Assembly (NCBI GenBank): GCA_018398765.1
Contig: JAHBMJ010000500.1
Location: 1-46,397 of the forward strand
Direction of reading: 5' to 3'
Source: Chromera velia
Lineage: Eukaryota
DNA: 46,397 nt
Position 1 is the first letter of the stretch. Each line of letters starts with the position of its first letter. A model generated the notes under the pieces. The model saw only the letters and a list, made by a program, of their open reading frames with translations, was not told the DNA's origin and did not search any database. Both the position numbers and the translations under genes were made by a program. Shown piece after piece: positions 9,721 through 22,376 of the stretch.

Positions 9721-12700
9721 TCATAATACAATGGCACTCGAACCAAGAGAAGGGTCACAGAAAGGATGAGAGGATAGGTTCGTGAAGAAAGGAAGGAGTA
9801 AAGAGATGGACATAGGCTTGGTCAACAAATCGGCAACATTTTCTTCTGAGGGGACAAAAGAGAGGCGGACTGAGGCGGCTTCGAAGGCGTCTCGGAGTGA
9901 AAGGGTGTCAGTGAAGGACAAGGGTATGAAGGGAACGTTCGAGGACTCCCAATTGCAGAGACTGGATGACTGACAGAAGGGCACGCTCTGTCGGTCGGGG
10001 CATCTCACTGGAAACAAGCTTTAGAAGGTCATCAGAATTAACTCTGACCTCTGAAACTATGCCTGCTTTCCAGACACATCGGAGGGCTGGCAAGAGACAC
10101 TCTAAAAAGTCAACCAAGTCATGAGCAGTGTACAGTTCGGCCCTTGTGGAAGAGCGCGCTACACGCTGTTGCGAGAAGGATCGCCAATGTAAGATGGCAG
10201 ATCCTAGGCTGAGGAGCCAGCCTGTCTGGAGGTGGGCGTTGCCTGCTGTTCCTAGAGCAGCATCACTCCAGGAGATGGGGTGAATGACGGAGGAGGTAGA
10301 AGGGACATCGGAATGAGAGATTTTGATGACACGGGATGTGGCTGTGCGACGGGCATAGCATAGGAGGGAAAGTAGAAGGTCTGCATCAGCAGTTGAAGGG
10401 GCAGAAGCGTGGCGGCTGAGTTGGTTACGCCCCTGCGCTAAGTCAGGGCGGGTATCACGTGTAACCCAAGAGAGACACCCAAGTCGTTCTCTGAAGGAGC
10501 TGGCGTCTTTTGCTGATAGGAGGGGGGAGGGTTCTTCGGGGATGTCTCGAGAAGAAGAAGGAAGAGAGAACAATATGGAAGACTCGCCCTCACCGTTTGT
10601 GTCTGTTGAGGGTGCTTCCCCTATGCCTTCTGGGAGGGGAAGAGAGAGGAGATACTCTGTCTGATGGATGGTGATGGAGTCTCTCTTCAGCTCAAAATTC
10701 ACCCCTGCCCAGCGCAGGCTGCCCTTGTTAGGTTTGGTGATCTTCATTTCATACCCCCCTTTTTGAGCTATCTCGCGTGCTAGTTGCACAGCAGACCCTC
10801 CAATTGGAATGATCGCAAAGTCGTCAACGAAAGTGGGAAGGAGGCTAAGGTCCTAGAGCCGGGAGGAGGGGGCCTCTGGCTTTCCTGTCCATTTTCACCA
10901 TACCCCCCGGATTGGTGAGGGTACCCAGCCTGCAGCTGCGAGGGTTTTGTTTCGGGAACGGTCCCACAAGTTTCCTGAATCCTTCATTCCGTAGAGGGCA
11001 CGCTTCAAGCGCCAGAGATACTTGCCGTAGTCTGGATGGTCCTTCGGGGGGCGGACATACACGCAGTCGGATCGAAGGGCTGTCAGGTAGGCGGTCTTCA
11101 CATCTGCTACGATAATTTCACGGGGATCGAAATCTGCGTGTGCAAATACCATTGCCAATGCACAGCGCATGGCCCACTGCGAAGCGGTGGCATACGATGT
11201 CGTAACCCCCTCTCTGCGATCAAAAAACGGTGACCCGTCTGCGACTACTCTGGACTTGAAATCCCATTCTCCCGCCTTCTGTCTCTTCATTGTGTCAACA
11301 AAATGGGTGGGGATTGCAGAGCGGGCGAGTTGCTCCGGCACTTCAGCAATGGGGACGCAATCGTAGACATCGTTCTCAGATAGGGAGAAGAGCTCTTTCT
11401 CCCAGGAAGCCGCGCGGCCTTTAAGCTGCTCTGGAGACAAACCGTGGCGAGGGAGAGGGGTGTGGGTTGTGGCTGCTGAGCAGGCGCCTACAGAACCCTC
11501 ATCTTCATCTGCGTTCCACAGAAATATAGCGGCAGACGGTTCTGTCTCAGGAGCATCGGAGGCATTCTCAGGTAAGGGAGAGAACAAAGTAGCCATGGCA
11601 GCTTGGGAAGTAAGGGAGTCAAAAGAGAGACGGTCTATGGGGAAACATGTGTCATGACTGGCAAGCAGGACGCTTTTGTACGTCTGACACACATCGGGGG
11701 GGAGACGGCCCTCAGGAGTGAGGGCTGTTCGCTCAACAACCTCCTCAGGAATGAGGTAGCAGAGTTCCGGTCCACAGCCTGCAGGCTTCTGTGGGGAGTA
11801 CAGCAGCTTGGGTCGGCCACGCAAGGGGCACCAAGCAGGCTGCATGCGGCGGCTGGCAAGAAGCAGTCGCCCTGTGGATCTCTAGGCTTGGACCTTAACT
11901 CTACCCTCTCCACTGGGGTCAACAGCTCGGGCGCTTCCAAGGAAACACCGATTCGTGTTGGCGTCCTTCCAGATGATAAGCTCATCCTTACAAAAGTCGT
12001 TGATGTCAAACTTTGGGTGCTCAGGAGGGTGGGACTCTGTTGGCTGCTGCTGCTGCTGCTGCTGTTCTGAGACAGAACTCGTACTTGAACTTGCAGAAGG
12101 AGTGGGAGATTGCTGCAGTTCGGAAAGAGGGACGGAGAAGACAAGCTCGGGCTGGCTGCTGTCATTTGGTCGGATGCAAGGACGGTGAGCAAGAATAGGA
12201 CAGCCGGAGGGGAGACGCAACCGGAACACATGCTCTTTCACTCGTTGAAGGACGGAAGCGGGAGTGTAGAGGGGTTCAAGTTTTGCGCGGGGCAAATCAG
12301 GGTGATGGTAAAGGACAGAGGAGCCGACGGAGAAGGGAGATGACCCCTCGGATGGGCGGCGGGTGGTCTGAAGCAAGTCACAAAGGGCAGCAATGGGGGG
12401 GCTGGGAGGCTGTGCAGACCACCTGCGCTCAAATGGGCTCTTTTTGCTGTGACCACGAGGCTGGCGGTTGTATTTGGTGGCTGCTAGGGACGCAAAATCT
12501 CGCCAGTGGGACTTATCCAGACCGCGGTCATGGAGGATGCCTCGCAAAATCGTTAGCCACTCACGGTGGGATCTCTCGTTCTTACCGAGAGACTGATGGC
12601 TACCGACGGGAGTAAAGGGGTTGTAAGCTTCTCGCTCGGCAAGTCGGGCCCCAAACTTCCCTTGAAACTCAGTCCCATGGTCGGTCATCACCTGAGGGGT

Positions 12701-15187
12701 AAGGTCCCCCTCCAGACTGTTCGTCCACATCTCGTAGGCTGCATTAATTGCATCGGAGGATTTCTCCTCCACCACCATAACCCCCAAGTAACCTGTGTGC
12801 TGGTCTTGAATATATAATGAGTACCCCCCGCTCAGTCCCATGACCAGATCACAAGTTACACGCAACCCTGGCTGCGTCACTTCAAGGGACCCCCGACTGC
12901 CGTCACCTGCGTGTCGGGGTTTGACTCTCTCGCAGGTGCCCCCCCGGATGCAGGGTAGTAAGGCACGCTGAACGGCTCTGCGGGAAATGCCGGCTTTCAG
13001 GGCTGGGAGGTCTTGGAGGCCTGCTCTGAGGGAGCGCCACGTTGTCTCAATGCCTGGATGGCCAAGCCACTCATGATGTGAGCGGATCAGTTCGTCGACG
13101 GTTGCCTTAATAGAAAGGCGACTGGGAACAGAAGGCTGGGACAAAGGAGGGGAGGGCGGATCCGATGAGCTTCCTGGTTTCGAATGCTGACATGAAGGAG
13201 TCTTTGGTTGGTGCTTCTACTTTCTGCGATTTTGTCTTGCGGTCTTTAAACGGAGCGGGAGGCGTCCGTTCGCAAGGACAAGATGGGATTCGGCAGGTAA
13301 AGGCGGTGAAGACAAAAGAGGAGGAGAAGACACGGAGGAAGACACAGAATCAGAAGAAGAGACACAAGATGGATCTTCCGCCGTTGCAGCCTCTGAAGAC
13401 ACTTACTGGGGGGAAAGCTCGGACTCGGAGTGGGGTGGGCCAGTCCCGTCTATCTCCATAGGCAGAAAGAATAAATCATTTTCTGCACGGAGAAATTTGA
13501 GAGCGGTGGAAGGGAGATGCAAAGTGCCTGTCTGATAGTCAAACTTCGCACCCAACCGAATTAAGCGATCATTTCCAATCAGGCAAAGGGTTTCAGCTTT
13601 TGTCTCTATGATGGACGGCTTCAGCAAAATGGGCTTCCCATCAAAAGAACAGCGAATCGAGGCACGTTTATTCATCCATACCTTCTTTGCGCATGCACTT
13701 CGAACAGAAACAGGCTTGCGCAAAGGTTCTTCTGTCCAAGTCAAACCGGATTCTTTTGTATCCTTGTCAAGCCAGCCACATGTGCATGTGGTACCGCTAG
13801 CACCCACATCAAGCAGACAGCCGAGACCATCAAAAGAAAAAGGAGGAGGAGAAGAGGAAGAAACGTTAGCTGACGTCATATGGCCTGCAGCAGCTGCTGC
13901 AGGGTTAGAGTCAGATGCGTCATCACCAGACTCCTCGTCTTTGGAATCGTTTGTTCCTGCCAGTGCCCCCCCTCTCTGTCTGGAGCGCCCGTACGGTCTT
14001 CCCTGCATGTCGCGAGTGGGATAGCCATAAGCACGAAGGAGGGCAAAGATATCTTTGGCGAGTTCACAGTCGCCAGGCTTGTGCCCCCAGCGAACGCAGG
14101 AGGGGCAGAAATGCTGCTTCAGGCAGTGCTCTGCTTTGTGACCGGGATGGGAACAGTGGGGTCTTGGAGGCAAGGGACGCCCACCAACGCTGGGAGAGTG
14201 CTGCTGCCCTGAAGTAGAGCCAGCAGGTCGGGGAGGGGGCTTTCCTGTGACATGGACACCCTGCTGCATCTCTGGAGGACAGGCCTTGGTGGGAGGAGCA
14301 GGGCGGAAACAGGAAGGCCTGGCAAAAGTGCGGAACTTCTCGAGTGCGCCGTCATCACCATAGAATGCCATGTGCGGGGGGAGCGCATTCTAGACTTGCG
14401 CGCGCACTTCTGCATCAGAAATGCTATTAAGGAGGAGCAGCGACGCAAGCTGCCCATCTCGTCGTCCCAGGGGGTCAAGCAGAGGAACCTTCTACTTGAC
14501 CACTTTCCAGTTGGAATCGTCGTTCTCATCTCCATTGCCAGAGTACGCGCACACTCGCTCCTCTCGTAGAGACAGAGTGGCGATTCGCTGGCAGGCCGTC
14601 TCTACCGCGTTGCCATAGTGCTCGGCGTTGGGGGACTGCGAGGAAGAAAGCGTGGCAAGAGATTGGAAGCTGTCAACAAGGCGCTTCTCTTCCTGCTCAC
14701 CAGACGCCTTCAGGATCTTGTTTTTCATGTACTCGTAGTCATCTCGGAAGGGGGAGGGGAGCTCGGAGATCAGGTTGTGGAGCTCGGCAAATGACTCCAA
14801 GCCTGAACGAAAAGCAGAGGCGACGACAGCAGCGGTGGCGGAAGGCTGCTGCCGGACTCTGAGGTGGTCTTCGAAAGAAGAGACAATTTTCTGGCGCCCG
14901 GCGTATGAGCGGTCCTCGTATTTCAGCTTACATTCCCACTTCTGAAACTTGTGAGAGGCAGATGGAGACGGGGACAAAACAGTGGAAGAAGAAGGAGACG
15001 GCGCAGCTGCTGCAGTGCTGGCTTGCTGCTGGGCGACGGCCATGGTAAGCAGAACTTCTGTGGACTTGGCAATGGCTGCCACAACGTCAGAAAGACTGGA
15101 GGAACCACCACTGTTCTCCTCAGGAGTAGGAGTGGCCGGGAGGAAACGACCATCCTCACCTCTGAGTCGGTTCTTTCTCTTCCCCAT
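9721..15187 (-). pseudogene. E2 gag-pol polyprotein, single frame broken by 7 in-frame stops and one late frameshift
   Basis: CPSCVRWGHKPGDC knuckle; LLDVGAS protease; HHEWLGHPG, VTCDL, MTDHGTEF and NER integrase; FKSRVVADG, ADVKTAYL, RALYGMKDSG and FVDD RT; WSDAA, SSTRAE and NVADLLTKP RNase H. Stops at 14492, 14390, 13403, 13217, 11882, 10895 and 10853; frameshift near 9945. Confidence 0.92.
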
Positions 15188-15240
15188 GCCAAAAACGGCT
15201 ACGGGAAGTCAAATGAAGAAGAAGAACTGAATCGAACCAA

Positions 15241-15250
15241 TCTGCTACCA
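15241..15250 (-). promoter_or_regulatory. E2 primer-binding site, initiator-Met tRNA type
   Basis: TGGTAGCAGA on the minus strand immediately after the 5' LTR, matching the well-known iMet PBS TGGTAGCAGAG. Confidence 0.85.
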
Positions 15251-16196
15251 TGAAAAGCCCCAATTCCTACAGACCAGTGAAGATCTATGCAGGAGTTGAG
15301 GTATCTCAAGGTGCACAGAATTTATTGTGTGTGTTCGTTGTTCATTCAACAAGGCAATTCACTACTTGACTTCAAACTGTCTTCACTGATCGATCTTCTA
15401 CTTGCATGCTTCGATCAACTAAAAAGCATGTACTTGCATGCATCTAATTGAATCGCATTCGCTGTTTAACGCACGCAAGGACTCACGCCGACGCACGCAA
15501 ATGTACGCAAGGACTCACGCCGACGCACGCATGCTTTCTGTCATCTTGGCTCATTGACTGACTTCAGGTTGGTTCACAACAGTAAAGTATGTACTGTACA
15601 ACGTTGTTGGAAGTGTTGTGATTGATGTAGACGGACAGAATTTCTATCTTCATACGTATAGAAAGCTCTTCATCGCTCGTTTCTGGCTTGTTAGACTCTG
15701 GTGGATTGGTTGCCAACCACAGTAGACAAAGACTTAATCTTATAAGCTTGCTTGCCAAGTGCTTTTCAGTCTAGCAACAGTTATGCTTACTACACGGTTG
15801 TCTAGATTTTTCCATCAAGAGTCTAGCGGCAGCGGCTAATATAAAGTCCTAGAGAAAGCTAGAGATAAAGTCTTTCGATGCATGATCTAGGGGAACTAGC
15901 TAGCCTTAGATCGAGCGGGAAGCTAGACGGGAAGGTATCTACCCTAGTATCTATAGTATAATCTACCGGAATTAAGGCTTCAATTATAGGACAAAACCTA
16001 GGACAAAACTTATCAATTAATTATTATATACTTAAAAAATCAATGTACTAGTCAATACAGTACCCTCTTATACTAGTTTCTACATTATACGCCGCATTGT
16101 GACTTTGACTCTGTCTTTGCTTTTCAGGATAAGGTTGGGATCTTTAATTCAGGGTTTGGGAGACTTGCAGATCGTGGCTCTTGTTTTTCTTCTAAT

Positions 16197-17276
16197 TTGT
16201 ATTGGCCTCGGGGTGGACTTGGTCTGCTGGTGGACGACATCAAAGCATTTTTTCCCTCTCTACCCAGAGCTGATTTCCTTTCTTGTTTGAATAACTTTGT
16301 TCATTTCATTTATTCTTCCTCTAGATATCGCTTTGTTGTATTGCCAACCCATAAGTCTTTTTGTATTAAGGAGGCGGGTCCGGGAGAGGGTGAGAAGTGG
16401 TATTCTTGGAGACGTTACTTAAAACCTATTGCTTTTTTATCCTCCCACTACAATTATGCGAATGCACTTTCTTGCCCTCTTCATATGCTGGCTCGTATAA
16501 TTAATCTTGATTTTGTTTCGAATGTAATTCGGGTTTGAGGGAAGATGGTCAGACAGCATGAAGGTTTTCCTCAAGGGAGTCCATGCTCTCCTGGTGGGGC
16601 CCGATTTTTTGCCGCGTGGAAAGAGTACTCTGTTGCATTGATGAGATCGAAGCCTTCATGGGGGGGGGAGAAATGGATGGCAGGGAGATACATGGACGAT
16701 AGAACGATTGTTTTTAGGTCTGACTGTGGTATGAGTGACGTGCCGGATGACCCCATGATGGAAAAGTTACTTGAGGAAGACTTCTACAATCCTGCATGCG
16801 TTTTAGAGCGTCAGAAGGGATCTACAGTGCATGGTCTGCATCTTTTCTCTTTGCCGGAATCTCCTTCGATTTTGCTTTTTGCTGCTGTTAATCCTAACCG
16901 TGATGTTCTTTTTGATTTCTTTCGTGATTTGGTTGCTTTTTCTCTGTTGCTCATTTCTGGAGGATGGTCGTCTTTTCCTAACCTACCTTCACTTCGTAGA
17001 GTGCGTCTGATGCATGCTTTCTCCTGTGTTCCTTCTGTCTCGGCCAAGAAGGGCCTAATATCCTCTCATCTTATCCGGACACTTCTTTCTTGTAATGCAC
17101 CTGCGGTTGTCCTGGTTGACGAACTTACTTTTCTGTTTTTGGAGTTATATATTTTGAGATGGCCTGTTTCGTTTTTGCTTGATTTGTTCATGTCTGCAGT
17201 CCGTCGGACTGGTGATGATGGTCTTCGTTCTCTTTGGAAGGCGCGTTTGTCCTTTCTTTATTTTGTTCTAAAATAA
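16197..17276 (+). pseudogene. Penelope-like element (PLE) reverse transcriptase, 5'-decayed, no C-terminal GIY-YIG endonuclease
   Basis: DDIKAFFPSLP (RT motif 3), Q.EGFPQGSPCSP, GRYMDD, and a PLE-like thumb (H.FSC.P...KKGLI...L.R...CN...E...L...L...WP). Two same-frame ORFs are joined across TGA 16536-16538. Confidence 0.75.
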
Positions 17277-19481
17277 TCTACATATGACTGATTTTCAACG
17301 TTACGGCCTTTTGTTGTCGTTTGCTTCCGCAAGTGCACCTGAGAACCGTCAGCGATAGACAAAAGACAGCGGTATAGATATGGAGGGGCGTCGCGCGCTG
17401 GACACTACATATGTTCTCTAATCATGCCTACGGTCTATCCATCGGCTTGCAAGGATCGACGTAATACTGCGATTAATTGGCATGCTTATTTCGAGCTATT
17501 AATGTTTAGCTCGGCGTGTATACGAAGCGTCAGTCTCCAATGGTTTTTCGCATGCATGCGTTTTTTGTATGTCGTGTAATTAGCATGTATTCGATAAATT
17601 CCAATTGAATCAGACAGCAGCCTGTTGGATTGTACTGGATTATGGTAGATTGACCGTGTGCTCCTACCGACACATTTATGCACAGACAATATAGGATCTC
17701 AGCTGTTGGAAGAGACTTTCAATTTCCTAGAATCTCTATTATATTAGACTATATACATACGACAGAGTGACATCTCGCTCCAGACTTCGCTGTAATCTAG
17801 GCTCAGTAGGCTGTAATCTAGGCTGTAAAACAAACAAAAAAAAAATGCTCTTCGGACCTTTTTTTTTTTGTTTTCACTACCTCAGTGGGGCCCGGATGCA
17901 AAGACAATAGGGAACCACACATTTTTCACATGAAAACAAAAAATAAAAATAAAAAACAAAAAAATGAAAATGACCATTTTTTTTTGTTTTCTTTTTTTTA
18001 AAAAGTACCCCTATATAGCTGTAATGGTTTCAACCAGCCAGCTAAAAATTTAGACCTAGATTCAGACTTGGATAAAGTTGGATTCCTTGATTCACGGTCA
18101 TTCACCTCTTAGAATGAAGTCTCCGTCATCCATAAAGGTCAGAAAACAAGGCAGGAAGAGGTTCTGACCATATAAAAGACGGCTTAAAGAGACATGGGGA
18201 GAGAAGGAATTTAGAAGTTAGCGGTGAACGAAGGAAATCGTAGAGAGAAGCCTTCTTTCCGCCATCGTATGAATCGTATCGACGTGCGGAAAACACAACG
18301 CAGTCGAGCCTTTGTCGGCATCCTCGATGAATGCATTCCACTCGATCCAGAGAACATAGCAGGCAGACTGATAGGAGCACAGACTTACAGGCCTGCGTGC
18401 TCAACGAATACAAGAGGGATGAATCAATTTGGTTTAAAGATTGACGCACTTGACCGTTCTCCTTTGGACGGACAGTCTCTCTGCTCTTTTCTGTGCAGAT
18501 AAAGAGAGAGAGAGAAAGGCATACTGAAGTAATGACGACAGTACTTGACTCTGAGGAAAGAAAAAAGCTGCATCGATCGAGGAGGGAGACCTGGAAGGCC
18601 GACCAACACCAAGACCAAGCTAGAGCCGACCGGGAAAATCATATTGCTGCCTTCCCACCGGAACGATTGATTGCGTCTAACCCGGTGAAACCGTTTCCCT
18701 TGCAGCCCTTTAGGTCCTTCCACTCCCTCTCACTCACTCGCTGATTAACTTAGACCCCCCCCCAAGGACACATGCTGCATGCCATGTGCACCCAATTCCC
18801 TTTCCCTCACGCCCCCACCATCCTCCAATGCAACAACATGAAACGAAACGAAAGGGCGGGTGTCAACGTCCGAAAAAGCAGTTGGTGCAAACGGATGACA
18901 AGGACACATCACGGGGGTTCTGATCATGCACGCAAGCAGATGGAGACCTTCCGACTATACAGGCAGGCACAAGACACGAAGAACTGGGAAGAACAAGAAA
19001 GAGGACACCCCACGTCACCCCCCCTTACCCTTTCACCCACCCCGAAAGCGCACATCGGTGGAGGGAAGGAAAGACATGGACAGTAGGGCACTGGATGAAA
19101 TGGAAGAAGAGTCTTTACAACGTTCACGCAACCACACATACGCAGGCAGACATGGGTACACACCCCCCCCCGGATGGCACACATACTTTCACACCAACCA
19201 TTCCTCCTTCCTCCCCTCCCTTTCCTACTTCACAGACCGCCCGCCCTTCCACCGTCGCTTTCGAAACCCCTCGAGCCTCGGCCCGGAATCTTTCATTTCT
19301 CGCTCCATCCATACGCTGGAGGATTAAGTTAAAAGAAGCAATGCACGCACATACATGTCGACTACGAATGCAAGAAGTTAGAGAAGATTAGTCGATCATC
19401 AGGACCCTTCCAGACATGCAGCAAGCAATCCTGCTGCCTCTGTGGCGAACAGAGCAACTCACCAGACGCATGCATAGAAAA

Positions 19482-19512
<31 letters not shown>

Positions 19513-20079
19513 GAAAGTGAGAAAGGATTCCCTGACGCCACGAGCACCCCCCGACCCTCCCAAAATTTCCCTTTCCCCCCTTCCCTTTGTGAATCAAATC
19601 ATGAGCACGGCATAATGCAGGCATGCAAACCAGCAAAAGTGTCGAATTTCCCGCATGCACCCTTTGTCTTCTTCTTCACCTTTGAACCTGCTCCCAAACA
19701 GACGGCCGTACAGACAGACCCATGGTTTCTTTCTTATGGTATTGCCCGAATTCGATTTATTTAGTTCCTCTGTATTTCTTCTTGTCCCTTTCTCTACTTA
19801 AACAGACCGGCCAGCCAGCCTCCCCCCTTTGCTCAGCACACAGAAGGAGACTGACGCACCAAAAACATAAACAAAACAGTTAACTTAAGGTGGTTTCCTT
19901 CTTTTCTTTCACCCTCCAATTGCACGACCACACACCCTCCCATCTTGATGCCAGACTTCGATCTGATTGTTTGTTTGCGATTGATTCGGTCGACCGACCA
20001 GTCAGTCAGCTGACATGACGGACCACCTTCCTCCTCCTCCTCCCCTCAGCGCACACCCTTCCTTCCTTCCTTCCTTCCT

Positions 20080-22376
20080 TCACGCATCGTGGAAGAGGTT
20101 CGAGATCCGTCCGAGTCCCTTGGTGCGTCCCTCCCTGAACAGGAGGGGGAGGTCGAGAACCAGGTACTCTGCGTTGTACATGAATCGGAACCGGATGCGC
20201 CCCTTGTCGCCTGTGCGCAACAGATCTCCCGAGAGGCACTTCACCTGCAATCGACGGGGGGTGGGCAGAAAACGGAGGAGAAGGAAATGGTCCTCGAAGA
20301 GAAAGCGACGCAAGAGAGGACAAAACAGGACAAAATAAGGAACCAAACGGCTGTGGAATAGAGAACAAGTGAGAATCTTGTTCCTCCTTTAGATCTACGT
20401 ATGTGTGCATGAACCGGCTCAAAGGACAAGAAGGGCACGCCAGAGGGGGTACGGAGGGGAATGCACAGCTAGGTTCACAGGTGTACAGAAAAAGGGCTAC
20501 AAGGCAAAAAGAAACAAACAGAAGTGCTGATCAGCCTAAGAGTATGAGACGAAAACACGAATTCAAACAACAGAAAGAAAAAATGTACCTGAGCAGCCTG
20601 GCGGATCACTCCACAGTGGATCACTGCCTGGTATCTCTCCTTGATCGTCGTGGCGTGGTGAAGAATCACGACCTCCGCCTCGAACTCCCACGTTGCCTTG
20701 GGCTGTATGCCTCTGTCGAGGAGCACCATGCCCTTTCTGAAAGCTGCTCGCTTCAGGGTGTCCTTCTTCATCAGGGACCGCAACGCGAAGGATGCGGCCT
20801 GACCAGACACCACCTTGGGCACTGGTACTCTCTTGGAATGGACAGAACGAACAAGAACGGGTTTGAAGTTCCCCGACTTGTCGGGCCCCAACAGCAACTG
20901 GCTGTTGTTTTGGATAGTGCCTGCCTTCATGGTGCCTGCAACCACCACCCCCACCCCCGTGACTTGGTACACACCGTCGATGTGGAATTCTGCGGGATCG
21001 GTGGGAGGACGGAAGTTTCCGGATTCGCGTAACCTGTTGGCTATCTTGAAAAGGAACTTGCGTACGAGATCTAGTCCCTCCCCTGTCACGTTGGACACAG
21101 AGAATATCGGGCAGACTCGGTCACATGCTATTGAGGAAGCGGCTGCTTCAATGTCGTTCTCGTCCTTCACCATCAGGGGCAGCTTCTTGGCTGCAGTTCC
21201 CTTCAGGATCTTCTGCAACTGGGCAACGCTCTGCTTGTACACATTCTCCGGGGCTATGTCGACCTTGGTCAATACAACGAAAAACGGCACTTTCAATGCG
21301 AGGGCAATACCGAGGTGCTCTCTAGTCATCCTCTGCACCCCCATGTTTGCCCCCACGACTATCATGGCATAGTCGGGGCACAGACCAACGAGACCGAAGA
21401 TGGTGGTCTTCAGATACCGCTCGTGACCACAAAGGTCCATGAAGGTGATGATACGCGCGGCATTCTTCACAATCGTCCCCCACGTGTTGTTTCTGCTCGC
21501 AGCAGTCACTGCAGCCGCAGAGGACGAGCTGCCTCCACCGTGGTCAGTTTGCACCTGCACACACGGTAGTGCAAAGAAAACATGTGTACAGACAGTCACG
21601 GGTCTGCACGGGAAATGGGAAACAGGCAGGAGCGAACGGAAACGGAAACGGTGGAAGAGCAGGCAGAGCCGCTGGTCGGGCAGGGCAGAACCCAATGAGA
21701 GCGGACGCTTGGGGGGGGGGAAGAAGATGCAACTACATTCGTATGGCTCCTCTCGCGACAGGGAAGGTTTTTGTCGCGACGGGAAGCAGGACAGAAACAG
21801 AGATCGACATTTGGACCGGCGGCATGTGTAGACAATGGCAGACCGGCTCTTTCAGAGCGAGAGACAACCATGCACACGCAAACCAACCTGACTTCCGTCC
21901 TGATGGAACCCGATGATCTCCTGAGCAATCGAGGAAGTCCTCCCGTTTGCCTGTTCGTGCACAAAGTTGAATACCTTCCCTCTCGCTAAACCACGCCCGT
22001 CGTCTAGACAGCTCTTGGTGAGAACACCAACGAGAGTGCTCTTCCCACTGTCTACATTCCCAATCACCGCCACCTTTATGTCTTCAGACAACCCCTCCAA
22101 TTCCCCCCCTAAACTCCACTCATCATGCTCATCCATTTCTGCATAGGCAGCAGCAATCCCTTCCTCAGTTTCTGCGGAGTGGTTCTCTTTGCCGGTCTCG
22201 TCCATGGACTTTCCGGGGCCCTCCTCCGCCTTCCCTGACTCTTCTAGTGATACTGGCTCGTCCATCGGGGGAAAACCCTGATGGGCCACTGTAGAAGAGG
22301 AAGCATCCAGACTTTCACAGTCTGGTAATGATGGGGAACACTGGTCGTCTGGACGTATCCTGTCGCTGTCAGACAT
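20080..22376 (-). CDS. GTPBP1: GTP-binding protein 1/2 family translational GTPase (~539 aa); exons 22376-21888, 21554-20589, 20244-20080
   Basis: G1 [15 protein letters not shown]3 [29 protein letters not shown] and [10 protein letters not shown] motifs. Two phase-0 GT-AG introns join the three frames without stops. GTPBP1 versus GTPBP2 cannot be resolved. Confidence 0.93.

Larger units (their letters stand above)
9343..15581 (-). mobile_element. Copia-order LTR retrotransposon (E2), full length, nested in the E3 3' LTR
   Basis: 331-bp LTRs at 9343-9673 and 15251-15581 (TG...CA, 5 mismatches). TSD ATAAA/GTAAA; the empty site in the E3 5' LTR reads GCAAA. PBS at 15241-15250, purine tract at about 9680-9700 on the minus strand. 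Confidence 0.95.
6941..15817 (+). mobile_element. Non-autonomous LTR element (E3); its 3' LTR is split by E2
   Basis: 532-bp LTRs TGATG...CATCA: 6941-7472, and 9042-9342 plus 15582-15817. Perfect TSD AGAGT at 6936-6940 and 15818-15822. PBS at 7474, purine tract at about 9023-9035. The ~1.57-kb internal region has no pol motifs. Confidence 0.9.

Noticed and set aside
9721..15187. Alternative genetic code (UAR=Gln, UGA=Trp) explaining the in-frame stops
   Set aside because: The ~539-codon host GTPase and the ~1000-codon E1 ORF have no internal TAA/TAG/TGA despite many Gln codons. Stops are confined to TEs that also show transition-dominated decay.
17305..17375. Hammerhead ribozyme downstream of the PLE RT
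   Set aside because: CTGAGAA...AAAA with partial stems, but the CUGANGA/GAAA/UH core is not satisfied. An Infernal search on intact copies would settle it.
18120..19480. Gene downstream of the GTPase
   Set aside because: Short protein-like frames but no consistent splice model or domain.
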